NCBI GenBank assembly: GCA_965202585.1
Contig: OZ241832.1
Location: 65,534,001-65,598,000 of the forward strand
Reading direction: 5' to 3'
Source: Thalia democratica
Taxonomy: Eukaryota
Length of the DNA: 64,000 nt
Shown here: positions 1-13,959 of the stretch, one piece after another
Position numbering within the stretch: position 1 is the stretch's first letter
How the letters are laid out: the number at the start of each line of letters is the position of its first letter
Position numbers and translations under genes: made by a program
Notes under the pieces: model-generated
Told to the model about the DNA's origin: nothing
Databases searched by the model: none
The model's input: only the letters and a program-made list of their open reading frames with translations

Positions 1-780
1 TTAACTGGACCTTTTCCCACATAAGGATAAACTTGTCTTGCATTGTATGAAAGATATATTGATGGATATTTTGAGTAGGAATGAAATTCATGTCATACGA
101 ATTTGAGGAATTGCTCAAGTTATATGAGTTTTGAATAAACCTAATTTGTGGAATGTTAAATAAATAAAATGCCTAACTAAACAAGAGTGCGTAAAGATGC
201 GAGAGGTTACTGTAGAGTGAATCTATGCTGCAACGATTTTAGATATGGGAAACTATTTTCGCTTAATATTTATCTTAGTTTATTACCAACACGACTATAA
301 ATTGTTTTTAAAGACAACTTTTCAAAACGATTCGAACTAACTACAAATTTTAAAATTTAGTCTTTATTTGATGCAATTTCTGCAACACCTTTTAATTAAT
401 AATGCAGGGTTTCAAAAAATTAGCCCTTAGATTTATTTTTAGCTATCAGAAGGTGTTAATTAGTTAGACAACCAAAAAGGTAAATAACATATAAAGGAGC
501 GATACCTAAAATGGGGGGAAACTATATTTTTTCTTCTTGAAACTTATTACCTTTCCTACTTATACTGATTCCTATTAACTATGAGGGCGAAATATTTTAG
601 GAAGATTCTAGTTTTTTTACTTATAGGACAATTATAATAACTTTAACTACAGGTTATTTTATTCCTACCTTATATATACTTATACGTAAAACATGTATTA
701 AATAAAACAACAATTCAGTGTGCTCACAGTTTTATATAGATTCAAAGTTTCGATACGAATAAAATTAATACACAAATGTT

Positions 781-924
781 TTAAGTTGGGATAGGAGCGC
801 TTCATCCACACATCAGGTACTTTCCCTATTATGAAACTTTGCAACCAGGGCTTCCAACTCGCTGTTGGTGACGACCAAACATCTGATCGCCTTCCTCAGA
901 TTTATTAGCGTCACTCGGATTACT
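781..924 (-). pseudogene. DNAH: Axonemal dynein heavy chain C-terminal exon fragment (DNAH3/7/12-type), frameshifted and truncated
   Basis: Minus strand reads VIRVTLINLRKAIRCLVVTNSELEALV, then after a frameshift IGKVPDVWMKRSYPNLK. This matches the conserved inner-arm dynein segment KAIKGxVVMxxxLEAL...GKVPxxWxKRSYPSLKP. An inverted paralog lies at 62940-63130. Confidence 0.85.
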
Positions 925-1189
925 CTAAAAAATGTTAACAATTTAAAAACATTTACAAAAAAAAAGACTATCTTAAAACATTACAATTTTCAATATAATA
1001 ATTAAAAGTTATGACAATTTAGTTAAAAGCTACACTTTACAAACATTTTATACATACAACAACAGACTGGTAATAAATATTAAAAAAATAAGAGTTTTGT
1101 ACATAACTTTCCATTAAATTTAACCAATAGATAAACATCAAATTTTTAATAATTTAATTAAACAATGTTTTACAAATAACTCAACAAAC

Positions 1190-1345
1190 TGGTTGAATCT
1201 TTCCATTTCTTCAACACGAGAACGGTGTTCATGCTCTCCTCGTACATGACTGGGTATTTTTGCAACTTCCAAATCGAAGTCCTTTCAAGGAAGTTTACAG
1301 AGCACTTCTTCAGCGATGTCGTTTAAAACGTTGTATTGATCTGCC
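1190..1345 (-). pseudogene. DNAH: Axonemal dynein heavy chain exon fragment upstream of the 781-924 piece
   Basis: Minus strand reads DIAEEVLCKLP*KDFDLEVA, then after frameshifts KYPVMYEESMNTVL..EMERFN, the dynein motif KYPxxYEESMNTVLxQEMxRFN. It is followed by GT at 1189-1188. Confidence 0.85.
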
Positions 1346-2840
1346 AAAACACAAAACAGGGAGCGCGGGAAAAAGATCTTTTATATCTGAACAGAGAATT
1401 AAAAATTTGTCAGTTCAAGAAACAAATAAATCTCTAGAGGACAGTAACAATTTATAATTTGCTTGTCATGTCAAGACTCACGTAAAAGATGATTAATGTC
1501 ATGTTTGCAAGAAACTTTATAAGTGCCAAGACAATTTGAACCAACAAATTCTATCACACAGCTAATTATTTCAATGTCTGCCAGGAAGAAGTCTGAATTG
1601 TCAAAAGCTAGTGTATGATGAGAGGGAAAAAGATATATTATATATTATAAAAAAAATATAAAATATTGTTACAACAGGCACATGCTAACTCAAAGTAAGT
1701 ATAAACCTCATGAGTGCTGAGCACGTTTTTTATTTTAGAGAAATGTTTAATTATAAAATAACCCAAGCATAAGAATTTTCTAGATTGGATCAGATTTATA
1801 ATAGAAAATGTAAGATATTTTATAGTTTAACTCTTAGTCAAGTTTGAAAATAGAATATAATGCTTTCGCATGAAGACCTGAATTTTTTTTTGCTTAAAAA
1901 AACTGGACAATGGGCTTTAAAAATCATTAAGTAGCAGCTAAAACATCTACCTCAGAATGTCTGAATATATATCTCAGGGTTAATAAAGTTTCCAAAGTAA
2001 ATAACAAGCCCAGTTTTTAAAACAATTAAGGTTGGGTAAACTTGAAGAAAACCTTGCATAACTAATTTAGTGAGCGCAAGTACAAATCCATCAAGTCAAA
2101 ACATCCGATGTCTGACACTACAATAGCTAGAAATGCAGGATTTTAGCTAAATATCTGAATGAACAGCTTTTTTAAAACAAATTATGCGTACTTGTTTTGG
2201 TTTATAACTTATGTCTGGTGAAGTAAAGTTACTAGTTTACTGAAGATTCTCAGATACAAGCACCAGCAAAATGTATTTTTATTAGGTGAGATTACATTCA
2301 AAATCATTTAATCAAAGGCTATCAATATAGTATAGACATAATGAGAAGGTGGGAAAAAGCATAAAAAATTCAATTTTAAATGACAGCATAAATTGTTTGT
2401 GGCCGGCAAGAGTTGCTTTAAAAAGGCATAATGAAACAGAAAGTTCTTTAAATCCTGGTGGCTTCTATGCCAGCAAGCTGAATAGTGATCTTAAAGTTAC
2501 TTAGGAAGTAGTAGTGTGTTTTTAGGAGTGATATTCTGGATACATTTTAAAAATTGGAGAAAAAGTTGCTAAAAATCTAAGTGGTACGATTTACAAGAGT
2601 ACTTTATTAACCGTGACAAATAGATAAAATTATTAAAAATTAAAAGGTTTTTACTAGATATTTGTAAAAAGTGCAACTTTTAAAGCAAAAGTCGAATCTC
2701 ATTCTCAAAAAGAACCACTATTGAGTTAATTTAGCAATAATTTTGCGGTCACCGTTGTGCTACCATTGTGGTTACATGGTTTAGAGGGGACAAGATTTTT
2801 CAAGACTATATTTCAGGGACAATGTGCAGAGATGCCAACC

Positions 2841-3010
2841 GAATACTTGGGAGATGGCAACAGCAGATTCTGGCGTGGAGTCGTCGCTAGGTCCGGCGTG
2901 AGGGTAACTAGCTACATGTAACTACATGGTTAAAGAGGTGAAGACCCTGATGAAGCTGCAGCACGACCACATCGCTAAATTTTTCAACATCTTTCCGGAA
3001 TTTGGAGACC
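2841..3010 (+). pseudogene. Protein kinase N-lobe fragment (subdomains I-IV), degenerate
   Basis: EYLGDGNSRFWRGVVARSGVRVT resembles the Gly-loop and beta-3 strand. After a frameshift, EVKTLMKLQHDHIAKFFNIF matches the alphaC/L-x-H-x-x-I pattern. Ends at a GTAAGT donor at 3011. Confidence 0.65.
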
Positions 3011-3034
3011 GTAAGTTCAAGTGAGATCAGAAAT

Positions 3035-3600
3035 TCGATCGTTGCCAAAATAGAGCCACTTAAGGTTGACTGTAAATCCTATGTTGAAGTTCTTGAAACG
3101 ATCGTGTTAATTGTTATTCGCCATAACTACTGTAGTTAAAAAGTTATTAGTTTAAGATTGAACTAAATTGAAGATTCGGTAACATACATAGAAACAAACC
3201 TATGTTCAATTAGTTAAAAAATGTTTAAGTGTTTTCCATAATTTAAATTAATAATACGATTCAACTTTTAGGAGTATATTCGTAAAAATATGATTAAAAA
3301 CCCGTAGTATTAAAGAGTTACAGTTGTAGTTAAGCATTTTGCCAATATTGTGCACTCCAAAACAAAGCAAAAATACTTCAACTCTGAAGGTGATGCTAGC
3401 ATTGAACAATTTAGAACTTTGCTAACTATGGTCTAATGAATAAATTAAGTTCTAGAGCTTCAAGCGAAGTGATGATCGTTTGGACCAATTTTAATTTCAA
3501 AATATTAAAAGTTCCTGTCGAATCTTGGAAAGTTGTTGCAAGCATTATTTGAGTTGCACAATGGCCAGGCTGAAGTCGAACGAGGGTTTAGCATTAACTA
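3035..3600 (+). repeat. Arm segment ending in a hAT-like transposase C-terminal motif; inverted copy at 60150-60710
   Basis: 3546-3598 reads LFELHNGQAEVERGFSIN, similar to the HGQAxVERGFSxNK motif of hAT-like transposases. The whole segment aligns by eye to the reverse complement of 60150-60710. Confidence 0.6.
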
Positions 3601-3931
3601 AGATTAGAGGCAATGTCAGGAGCAGGGGTGGAGCGAAAAAGGTGCTGAAGTTAGCAATTGAAGAAGAAGATAGAAACAATTTCAGTGATGTTGCTTCTGT
3701 TTGGCCAAAGTGTACATGATGTTGTGGATCAAACTCATGGTCGAAAAAAAAAAGCATCGGTGACATTTTGAACCATTATAAAAAATCTGAGGAAATTCAG
3801 ACGAAGATTTAAGCTACTCGTTTGTAAAAAGTTGGCTGAAATCACCAAATACAAGGGATAAAAATAAAGTACTCTTGCTATACAAATGGCTATTAGAACA
3901 AAATGACTAAAATAGCAACGATAGAAATTTA

Positions 3932-3955
3932 AGGCCATAGGGGATGGTTAATGTT
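3932..3955 (+). mobile_element. Kolobok-like terminal sequence (orphan end)
   Basis: TTAA followed by GGCCATAGGGGATGGTT. Inverted copies lie at ~49545-49564 and ~57845-57866 (TTAA|GGCCATAGGGGGGTGG on minus). It resembles the 39040-39712 termini. No partner end was found. Confidence 0.4.
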
Positions 3956-5254
3956 TTTTGATCTAAATTTTTGACTGTATTATTATAAAGATTTTATAAA
4001 TGTAAATTATAATATACTGAACAAATAAAAGTTAGGATTATACAGGCTTTTATTCGTTGATAATTTGTTTATTATTGTTTTACAACAACCATATTCCAAC
4101 CTTGTATTTTGTGATGTTAGCAATATAAACGTAATAGAGGGAAATAATTAATTCTAATAATAATTCTTAATTATAGAAAGCTCATCTGATTTTTATGCAG
4201 TACCAGATCAACTGAAAATGTCAGATCAGGAAATCATTTTATACACAAACTCTGCTGACCATAATACAAGTGTGCATCAGACGAATTTAAACTATGATGA
4301 TCATAGATCATATAAAAATAGTGAGGAAATCTTTAAGGAGAAAAATTCCGATCAAGATGTAATAAGACTCATTGGCATCATTGGCAGACAAAATCCAGCA
4401 AAAATCTCAGTGGAAATACCAAAACTTTAAAAGAAAATCTGATCTCCTATTGAGATTTAACAGAGTCATTTCGATAAATTTCAAAATTGTTGAAAAAATT
4501 GTATGGAGAATCTGCATTAGGTAAAATCTATTTAACTGAATATTCCCCGTCAACCTTTCAACCAGTTAATCTTCCAACTTGCAATAATCCCAAAAATAGT
4601 GTGACAGAAAACCCCTTTGCAGTTTCGCCGAGAAAAGTTCGACAAGAAGCTAACCGCAATAGAATTTGCGATTTACGTAATAGACATGCTAATTGGAATG
4701 GAAAAATCCAGGATAACTAATTTCTAAACCAGAAGTTCTGGTAACAATCCTGTGTTTTTAAGACCTTGTTTTGTATAAAAATTGCAAAGGAAGAAGACTA
4801 CACCTACTACTTCTCTTTTCTTAGATTTAAAATATGTTCTATGTATGAAACCTTTAGTTTTTTTTTAACAGATGGAGAACAAGCCATGATAAACTCTTTT
4901 ACAGCTGTTTTCCTGAGAGTTCCAAACTAATATGCAGCATCCACATTGAAAATAACATAATAATAATTTAACAAAATATAAATGGCTTTTCAAGTAAAAT
5001 TGCTTTAAATTGCGAACTTGAAAATTTTATGTTCTCAGAAACTTTATTTTCGTTTGCTGATATAAAAAAAGATATTTTAAAACTGACAATGGATGATAGC
5101 ACGGCAAGATCTGTTAGTAATGTTATAGAAGAAATATTTAAGTGGAGAGGGGCCACATTTGAGGAGCATAAGTTGAAAGATTTTGGAGAGAACTTTTAAA
5201 CTTCCTCCAAAAAATATTTTAAATCTAAAGATTTTAGACGAACCCGAAAACACT

Positions 5255-5390
5255 TTCAAATTCAATGAAGAAGTCAGAAGTGAAGGAAATCATTTTGTCA
5301 AAGCGGTGGATAGTAATGGGAAGCTCGTTTGTTTTGTGCTCAAGCAAGAGCTCGAAGCAACCGTGCTCCCAATTCATTCATCTCACAAAA
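5255..5390 (+). repeat. Unidentified coding-like module 'EEVRSEGNHFVKAVDSNGKLVCFVLKQELEA', about 8 copies in the window
   Basis: Inverted copies lie at ~47975-48075, 56490-56630, 58340-58414, 60801-60897 and 61020-61140, with partial copies at ~46655 and ~55880. The reading frame is retained in several copies (ORF track 5183, 56475, 60932). Confidence 0.7.
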
Positions 5391-5540
5391 GTCCTGTTGT
5401 TAATAGATCTTTCAATTACGCCGTTGACAAATTTCTTTGGATAACCATTTTTTATGAACTTTTCTTTTAAGTTTGTGATTTCTTGCTTTTACAACAGTAA
5501 GGAGTGCACTTATAAGAAACTTAAAATAGTTCAAACTTCA

Positions 5541-5725
5541 AAATCATCCTGAAAGTACCTTACATTGGAAAGCCAAGTATTGAATATAAAAAGAAACGAG
5601 AAACTAGTAAACAACTATATTGAAGACTTCAAAGTTATTTTTACCACATTCAAAATTGGTAACTACTTCAGCAATAAGGACAAAACACCTGACGAAATGA
5701 AATCCAATGTGGTCTACAGATTTTA
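5541..5725 (+). mobile_element. Penelope-like element linker/endonuclease start, truncated
   Basis: Reads ILKVPYIGKPSIEYKK...DFKVIFTTFKIGNYFSNKDKTPDEMKSNVVY. It is the same family as 47335-47810, where the GIY-YIG domain is complete. Confidence 0.75.
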
Positions 5726-7399
5726 CTTAATTTAATATAATACCAAAATATAGAACATATATGAATGGAAAAAAAGAGAGAAAGGAACTGCCTAGAGACA
5801 AAAGCCTTCAGAGTGCAGAAAAATCTCAAGTAATTAGGACATTGCATGATGATGAAAAGGATCATGTGTCAAAGCGACGCGGGCATTAAATGTCTGACAG
5901 AGAGTTTATTATAAGGATTAAAAGGATAATATTGGTAAAATATCAGGGTTTTCAGCAATAATGCTTAAAAATTTTTCAGTTTGAAAAAATTACATGTGGT
6001 TAGCTTTATATTAGTTTGATGAAAAATGAAGAATAATATCTTCTTGAGATGTGACAGTGTCAGCCTTAATACTGTTGTTTTCGTGGTCAATTCGAAAATA
6101 CAACGCTATCTAAATTAGCCAAGGACGTACAACAATCAAAGTACAAGGTCAGTGAAAATGGAATGCCCGATATCAAAAAATCAGTTGTTGAAAAGGTTTA
6201 GCACATTAGAAAACTATGTAACAATATGCCATCCTACTTTGACAACATAAATTTAGAGAATTTATCTCAGCTCATCATTAAAGACATTCACGCATGAGTT
6301 TTACTTCAGTATTTTTTTTTGTTTATTTGTATATAAGTTTTTCGTGTGCCAACTGGATACAGTTGCCTTCATTCAAGGTGAGTTTGAAAAGACCACTTTG
6401 TTCAAGTTGGCCCGCGATGTAGAATAAAATAAATCATTTTAGTCTTAGTGTAATCAAGACCATGTGGTTATTTGAGCCAATGAAACATATTTTAACTTTA
6501 TGCATTGAAAATTTTAGATCAGCAGAAATCTAGTAGGATTTTTTTTTTGCTTCAACAACTGCAAGAGTTCCTGTAACTGAAATTGTTATCAACACTACGC
6601 AGTAGGAAAGGCCTGATAACTTAATAGATATCAAATGCAAAGATAAGAAAGTATCCATAGATTCTCCTTTCACCAAAGACTTTTAAATTTGACTAGTTTT
6701 TTTAGATTGACTGTTAATTTTTTTTCATGTTCAATTAACCTTGTTTTAATTGCTTTTTTCAGGAAATAGAAAAAAAGTTTCTGACAAATAGTTAAGCTAT
6801 AAAAACAAATCAAGATTGTAAAAAAAACATATTTTTCATGAAAGTTTTCCGGGTATATTATTAAGCAATCGGCGCCACTAAGTCCATTAATTTCTGCAAT
6901 AATGTTGAAATTTGTCATAAGTCAGAGAGTGTTTCAAAATTATTAAGCAGCAGAATCACATTTTGCAAACTTAAAGAGACATACAATGAGCCAACCACAG
7001 CTAGAATAAAATACTTAAGGGATCTCTCCATAAAGTTACAGATGTCAGAGTTCGGAGTTGCCAATAGTCCCTCCACCTGTTCTACTCCAAAGATGGTGTT
7101 GATCAATACAACGTTTGAAAGGTGCAGCAACCACAACTGAACAGCTACAGGTGTTAGAGTTTCAAAAGGTCTTCTAAAGATGGCGTTGATCAATACAATG
7201 TTTGGAAGGTATTCAAGTTTGACATCAAAAAACAGGTAAGACATTATTTAAGAATAAAGTTTAATAAGTAAATATTAATTTAGAAATATACACCAAACCA
7301 CAGAAAAAAAAATTCATGTGTGAGGGAATCTTGTCACTTTTTTAGCTTAACAACAAACATTGGAGAATGTTTTTTAAGAAAAAAAATGTTAACAAAAAG

Positions 7400-7830
7400 C
7401 TTTAATTGAAGCAAAAATTGCATAGCATCTTGCCATGGGTGGTAAAATGTCTTTCAGTTAAGTCTGACTAAATGCTTGAGAAGTTGTGTAAGTCATAATG
7501 ACTTTCAGAATGCAAGAATAAAATGTACTGCAGCAGTAAAGAACGTTCTCATAATTATATATAACAAGCAACTAGTTAAAGGTATCAGCTGTAGACCTTA
7601 TTCACTTTTTGTTGATGAGGTGACATGAGCTACTTTTAACAACAAAACTGTTGTATTAAAAAACATTTACTTTCAAAATTGTATTTATCAAGTAAAAACA
7701 ATAAAATTATTTTTTATTAAGTAACTGTAAAATTTGAAAAAGGGAATTCTAAAACCTGCATTTTTTAATGCTAAAAATGTAGAAAATGGAAGAGGGCAGG
7801 GAATGGCCTTAGCTCTAAAATATATTTTTC
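7400..7830 (+). mobile_element. Decayed hAT-like transposase remnant
   Basis: Broken frames give KGISCRPYSLFVDEVT (like the hAT FSLxxDExTD first catalytic Asp) and FLxxKNVENGRGQGMALALKYIF (like FLxFxxVxxxxGxGLA). There are many stops. Confidence 0.35.
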
Positions 7831-9451
7831 AGTTTTAATTTGATGATAAGAATCTTGTTGACTTATGTAATAAAAATTTCTTGCATTTTTAATGAACATT
7901 TGTATTAAAATAACAACTTAATTATTTGTTAACCTTGTAATGAAAATATTCTGGTTAGTTTTAATAAAACTTGCTCACTAATACTTTAGCCTAAAAACTA
8001 CCATTTAATAAAAGAGTGAGAGAAACTTAAAATCTTACATGAGTTGTTAAAAAAAGTTAACACATTCAAAGCTGTGTGAATAAAACACAATAGCAAACAG
8101 ACAGAGTTAGCTGTGGACTTTATGTCATTGAGGTAATGTGTTTGTGTATTATTTTTCATTTTAAACAAATAATGAAACACCTAGAAAAAGTTTCGAGTGG
8201 TTATGTAAAGAAATAACAATTAATAATTTACATGATCGGGTTCAATGTTAAAAATACAATTAAACTGGAGAAAACTTGTTTTGACAATAAAAATAAAAAA
8301 ATAACAGTTTGGTCAACCGCCCAAGACTGCACATATTTAAAACTTAGAATTCAAAAATGTTGCTGTTTTTAAGTTGAACGCTGCACATTTGTTTTATTAA
8401 TTATTTTTATTTAATATTAGATACTGAAATTTCAATATCTTGTTCTAACATAAACTTTAAAGCAAAATGAGAAACCCAAAAGAGCTTTTAAAAAAATAAA
8501 TGATCAAAAATTTATTTTATATAAATTTATAGCTTTTTTCTTATAAAAGATGTAAGTTTGATAACTTAAACTTTCTGCTGAAAACAACCAGTATAAAACA
8601 AAACTGAAAATATTAAGACTCTTTGCAAGCTTTAATTAACTAGTTTGAACAGCAAAAAATATGTTTCTAAACACCTGACATTATGCTGTATTTAAAACAA
8701 AAAATTTTAAGACAAAGGCAACAAAATTAGATATAAATTTGTTACCTTTTGCACTGGATCTCTAATCAACACTAAATTGAATCAAGCTGTGGTGATTCCA
8801 GATTGGTTTTGTAAGCATAGTTTGACAATTTGAAGTGCAGGATCTGAAAATTTTATCTTACATAAGTGATTAGGTGCATAAAATGATAGAATCCAAATGA
8901 ACATTTTGTAGATTCTTTGAGAAAATTTTATACAAAAATCTATTTTTATATAAACAAACAAACCCTTACATATTAAATCAAGGTCATATAACAGTTAACA
9001 TATAAGAAAACTGACATTGATTATTACATTATTACCTTTAAATAGAAACTAATAACTTATAGTACTTCAATACTGTTCCCAATAATATAGAATGCTGGCT
9101 CATAAACACCTTTAAAAAAACTAATGAAGCTAGGCTTTAAAATAATAACCAACTGATAAATTAATATTTGTACTGTCAAATTAGGGGAAGGGATTAGAAC
9201 TTTATACAGGGTTACCAAAGGTTTTATGTTAATTTATTCCAGGTTTTTTAAAAACTTTTTTTTGTCCATTTTTAGTTTAAAATAAAACTCAAGTAAAAAA
9301 CAGTATAACAACATTGAAAAGATATTGAAAAGCTACTTAAAATGTGTTTTTTAATGAAAAATAAAAACAATGATTTATATATTTTTTGTATTATTTTGAT
9401 TAGATTTTTATATTATTACAAAAACAATGTATTGAAATGCTTGCTTATAAA

Positions 9452-10903
9452 CAGGGTTGCAAAAATCCCAGAAAAACCAGGAATTTGAAAACTTAAGGAC
9501 TTGAACCCTGGAGTTTGAGAAAATTTATAAAAACCTGGAATTTTGAACAAAAACCCTAATAAGTTTTGAAAAACCCAGAATTTGAAACTATTTTTACATG
9601 TTAAGTTATACTATTTTTTAACTTTTAAAAGTTTATTTCATAAATTCAAGAAATGTATAACAAGAAATAAAACAGTTTTAAGATCATCTTAGTTGACCCT
9701 TTCATAGGTTACCTCAGAACTTTGAAATGATCTTGTTGTTTTACAATTTAGTTATATTGGTATAAAGCACAAGGTAGCTAAGGTAGCTTAGTAAAAAGTG
9801 ATTAAACCAAGGTGGCCACTTGTTTTTAGAATTTACTTTCAGGTTTTCAATAGTACAAGTTTCCTTGATTCTTTTAGTGGAAATTCTTTGGTGGTTTGGA
9901 AAAAAGTTATTTGGTTAACTGAATGAGACAGTAATACTCTATTAAATCTTTTTATAATAATTTAAGTTCTAATTAATGTATTTTTAGTGTATTTCCTATT
10001 TAACCTAAATTTAATTATTTCTAATGTAACAGCTTAAGAATTTTTTTAAGTATCAAATTTAAAGTTTTTTTACCAAACTTTTCAAGTTCTATACAAAATG
10101 GCTACCATGTTAAAATAAAACAAGGCTACATACAAAGTGTTTTACCCTCTCCCCTCTTTAACTTTGAATTCATTGTTATTAGGCATGAATATTTTTATTA
10201 ACTAAAAACAACTCAAAACAACCATAACAGAATTTACTAACTTAGTAGCACTACTTAGTAGTATACATACTAATTGTTTCCAAGACATTATTATTTATAA
10301 CATTTTTCTTGTTTTAGGTTTTAAATTTCAATTTTAATAAATTTTACCTTATATTTACAAGTGAAACATAAAGCCAAAGTGGTAAAACAATTGTTTTTCC
10401 AAAAAAAGCAAAAATTTAAGTCTTACATCTAACTTAATAGATAAAACTTTAAAAATTGAAACTACTTAACAAATATATGGATTTTATCTCAGAATTCAGT
10501 AAGTTCACTAATAATCTTTCTTTTTTTTTGTCCTTTTAGTCAGAGTATTTAAAGATTATTAACAAAATATTCTCCAGGTTTTTAAAGTTAAACAATTTAG
10601 GGTCTATTATTGGTTAAAATTAAGTTTAAGGTAAATTAACTGTGTTAAATAGTATAAAAACATTGAAAAGATACTGTAAAGGTACTTTAAATGGGTTTTA
10701 AAACAAAAAAAAATTGATGATTACAAAAAAAAATAACGAGACAATATATATTAGGTGTGAATTAAAATTTTACTATTTCTTCCGTAAAATTTTAATTAAA
10801 TTCAAGGTCTATAGTGAATTTTGTTCAAAATTCCATGTTTTATTCATAATAATTTGTCAAATTTCAGGTTTTTCCAGGATTCCGGGTTTTTTTGGCAACC
10901 TTG
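9452..10903. mobile_element. Non-autonomous DNA transposon with CAGGGTTGC termini
   Basis: The left end CAGGGTTGCAAAAATCCCAGAAAAACCAGGAATTT matches the reverse-complemented right end CAAGGTTGCCAAAAAAACCCGGAATCCTGGAAAAACC. The homologous end in the right arm starts at 38294. No clear TSD. Confidence 0.6.
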
Positions 10904-13324
10904 TACTAGGGATTAAACAGTAATTAAGCTTTCTAGTTTTAAAATTTATAAAATTTTTAGATGCCAAAAAGCGTGAACAAAACAAACAAGGGTGGTTTTG
11001 ACACAAAAACTATTTATTTCAAATCAGAAAGAATTCCTTAAGTACATTTAATTATATAATATAGCAATCTAATAATTAAATATCTTAGTTAAATAGTTAC
11101 CTGTAGTAATACAAATAGTATATTTATAAATAAATCATGTTTAATTTCTACACAACAATGAACTCCAAACGTCCATTTATTAGGTTTATAACTTTAAGTG
11201 ATGAACAATACTTTTATTTTTCTATTACAACAATAAGTTTAATAAATCATAAATACTTTGAAAAATTTCAAAATCTTCAAAAAAGTAAATGAACTCACAA
11301 TCACATACATCCAAACATCAATGGCCATGTTGTAGTGCATCTTAATACATTGTATGTGTATGGATTGTACATTAACAGAGTTATGGAGGTTAACTTTTTC
11401 TTTTCCCTTTAATTATTTTTAACCTTTGAACTTATGTCCTAATTAAAAAAACAAAATTTCAATCACTTGAACAAATTGGTGTTTTTGTAAAAAAAAAATT
11501 GAAATGAAACTTTGAAGTTTGGCAAAAATTAAATTATTATTTTTTTCAATTTACACAATTATTAATGATATGATATCAAAATTTAAAAAAAAGGAAAATA
11601 TATATTTTAGAATTTTTCATAAAAGCTTTTTACACTTTAAAAGTGCTATTTTTAGTTATGTAAAATTATACGATGTATAAATAAGTTTAAAGCTGTTTTT
11701 AGATGAATAATAATTCAATCAATTTTAAATAAATTAAACTAAACAAGAGTTTTTAGCTGTAGAAAAAATGATCGAAAAAACTTAATACCCTCTTCATATT
11801 TAAAATTAACGTTGTTTTATTAGTTACTGGTTATTTATGACAGCAAAGGTTCAAATTGTGGTAATTCTGCATCAACTTTAAAATTTGATTAGTCTGCTTT
11901 CAACGTTTCATAATTTTTGCCGTTTCTATTTTGCTAATAAATTTTAGTTTTTTATCTAAGTACTTTGTTGTTAAGTGTAATAAACGAATATAAATCAAAA
12001 CTTTACACGTTTTAATTCATGAAGATATACTTTGCAGATAGTCTATCATTTTTTACTTTCAAATAGTTATAAGTTTACCACTGGCCAAACTTGTTATATA
12101 TATAAATCATGTTTTTTTATTGATTTTAATAAAAAAATAAGAAATATTAAAACTTAAAATCATTTGGTACTTAATAAAATATATTATTATTTTCTTTGTT
12201 TTCTACTGCATTTATAAGTTATTAAACCTTAAAATTAACTTAAGTCATGTTGACCTTTCAGAAACATATATCTTTTATAAAGCAGCTAAATTTCAAATTT
12301 TGAGTTTATGTGTGTATGTTTATCAATTTTTTAACTCGTATTGACGTTAAGCATGCAATGATAATAACTTTTAGGTAAATATTTCAAAATAATAATATTA
12401 ACTTTTTCTCAAGTAAGAACTTGTACAAAATAGAGAAGAAACTCTTCTAAAATGTAATGGATAACATATCATTTTGTTTTAACTGTAGAATATTATTTTT
12501 TGAAGCTATTTGTTTCATCGATATCAAAATTGTTAGTCGTTTCTATACTTTTACTATCTAAGTACTTATCATAGTTTTAGTGATTTAAAACAGTATCATT
12601 CAATCTAATTTTTAATTGTTAGTAATTTTGTGATAACTTGATAAAAATTCTAAGCGTGCTATAACTTGAAAATACAATACAAATTACCTAAAAGTAAGAC
12701 ATACACTAACTTTTAACTAAAAGAAAAATATTTAAAATAAAATATTGAAAAATTAATTCTAATAAGAGAGTAAAATTAAATTTTGTAAATGCTTTTTTCA
12801 AAGAAAAAGAGGCGTTTAGTTTTTTTCAATCATCATTTCTTAGTTTTTTAATTTTGTAAAGGTCTTATAAACTTATCATTACACTCGATGAAGCTATTAT
12901 CACACACTGAGAAAGAACTACTAAAATAAAAACTCAACATTAAAACTTTCTGTGATAATTTGAATAAAGCTCAAACTCAAATCTAGAAAATAATTTTGGT
13001 TTGCTAATGAAATTAAAAATAGTAGTAATATCACATTGATGATCACTAAAACTAAGACTAAACTTTTTTAATAATTTTTTCAAGACTTAAACTTTTGTTT
13101 ATTATTATTATCATAATTCATTTTGCACAGCTTATAAAAAGTTAAAAACCGCTTTAGTCTGTTTCAAAAACTTTAACTTGATAATATAAATGACATATGT
13201 TATAAACAAATTAATAAAACTTGAAACCAAAAGTAACAATTTTCTCGTAACTACTTAAAAACGTAGTAATTTCGTAATTTTTTTTTTTTCGTTGAGTAGT
13301 AAAAAGTATGAAAAAAAAAGTTGA

Positions 13325-13796
13325 AGTTATTTTTTTAAGTGTTTTGTTTTTAAATAAAAATAAGTATTATTTATTTTTTTTAATATACTATATTGATATA
13401 ACATAACAAGTTCGCTAAAATTTTTTCAAACTTTATACTTAAGTATAAAACGATAAACAACATATTTTATTCTACCAAAAAAGAAACACTTTTAATCTTC
13501 AATAAAAAACTATTAAAGTAAATTAAGCTGTTCATATGCTGTGTAAACAAACATATAAAAAGTTATTTTTTTAAGTAATTTGTTTTTAAATAAAAATAAG
13601 TATTATTTATATTTTTTTAATATACTATATTGTTATAACATAACAAGCTCGCTAAAATTTTTTCAACTTTTATACTTAAGTATAAAACGATAAACAACAT
13701 ATTTTATTCTACCAAAAAAGAAACACTTTTAATCTTCAATAAAAAACTATTAAAGTAAATTAAGCTGTTCATATGCTGTGTAAACAAACATATAAA
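13325..13796 (+). repeat. Tandem duplication, 236-bp period, 2 copies
   Basis: AGTTATTTTTTTAAGT starts at 13325 and 13561, and the copies are near-identical to ...AAACATATAAA. Confidence 0.9.
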
Positions 13797-13959
13797 TTAA
13801 TTTGCAAAACAAAAGTTTTAATTATTAATCTAATTTTGTCAGAAGTTTTTACACATTTAATCTGTTTAAAACCCAAGAAAAACAAATTTGAAGATTTTCG
13901 GTCAAACATTTATGTATTATTGCTAATAACAAATAAATATTTAGCTGCAATATATATTG

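Larger units (their letters stand above)
7245..12240. repeat. Left inner arm of a large inverted duplication (partner 36970-42380)
   Basis: Collinear reverse-complement matches by eye: 7400-7640 vs 41970-42230, 8730-8920 vs 40940-41145, 11280-11400 vs 37810-37920, 12000-12235 vs 36975-37215. Confidence 0.9.

Noticed and set aside
1-300. Possible decayed reading frame (LVLHCMKDILMDILSRNE...)
   Set aside because: Multiple stops and no motif I can recognise.
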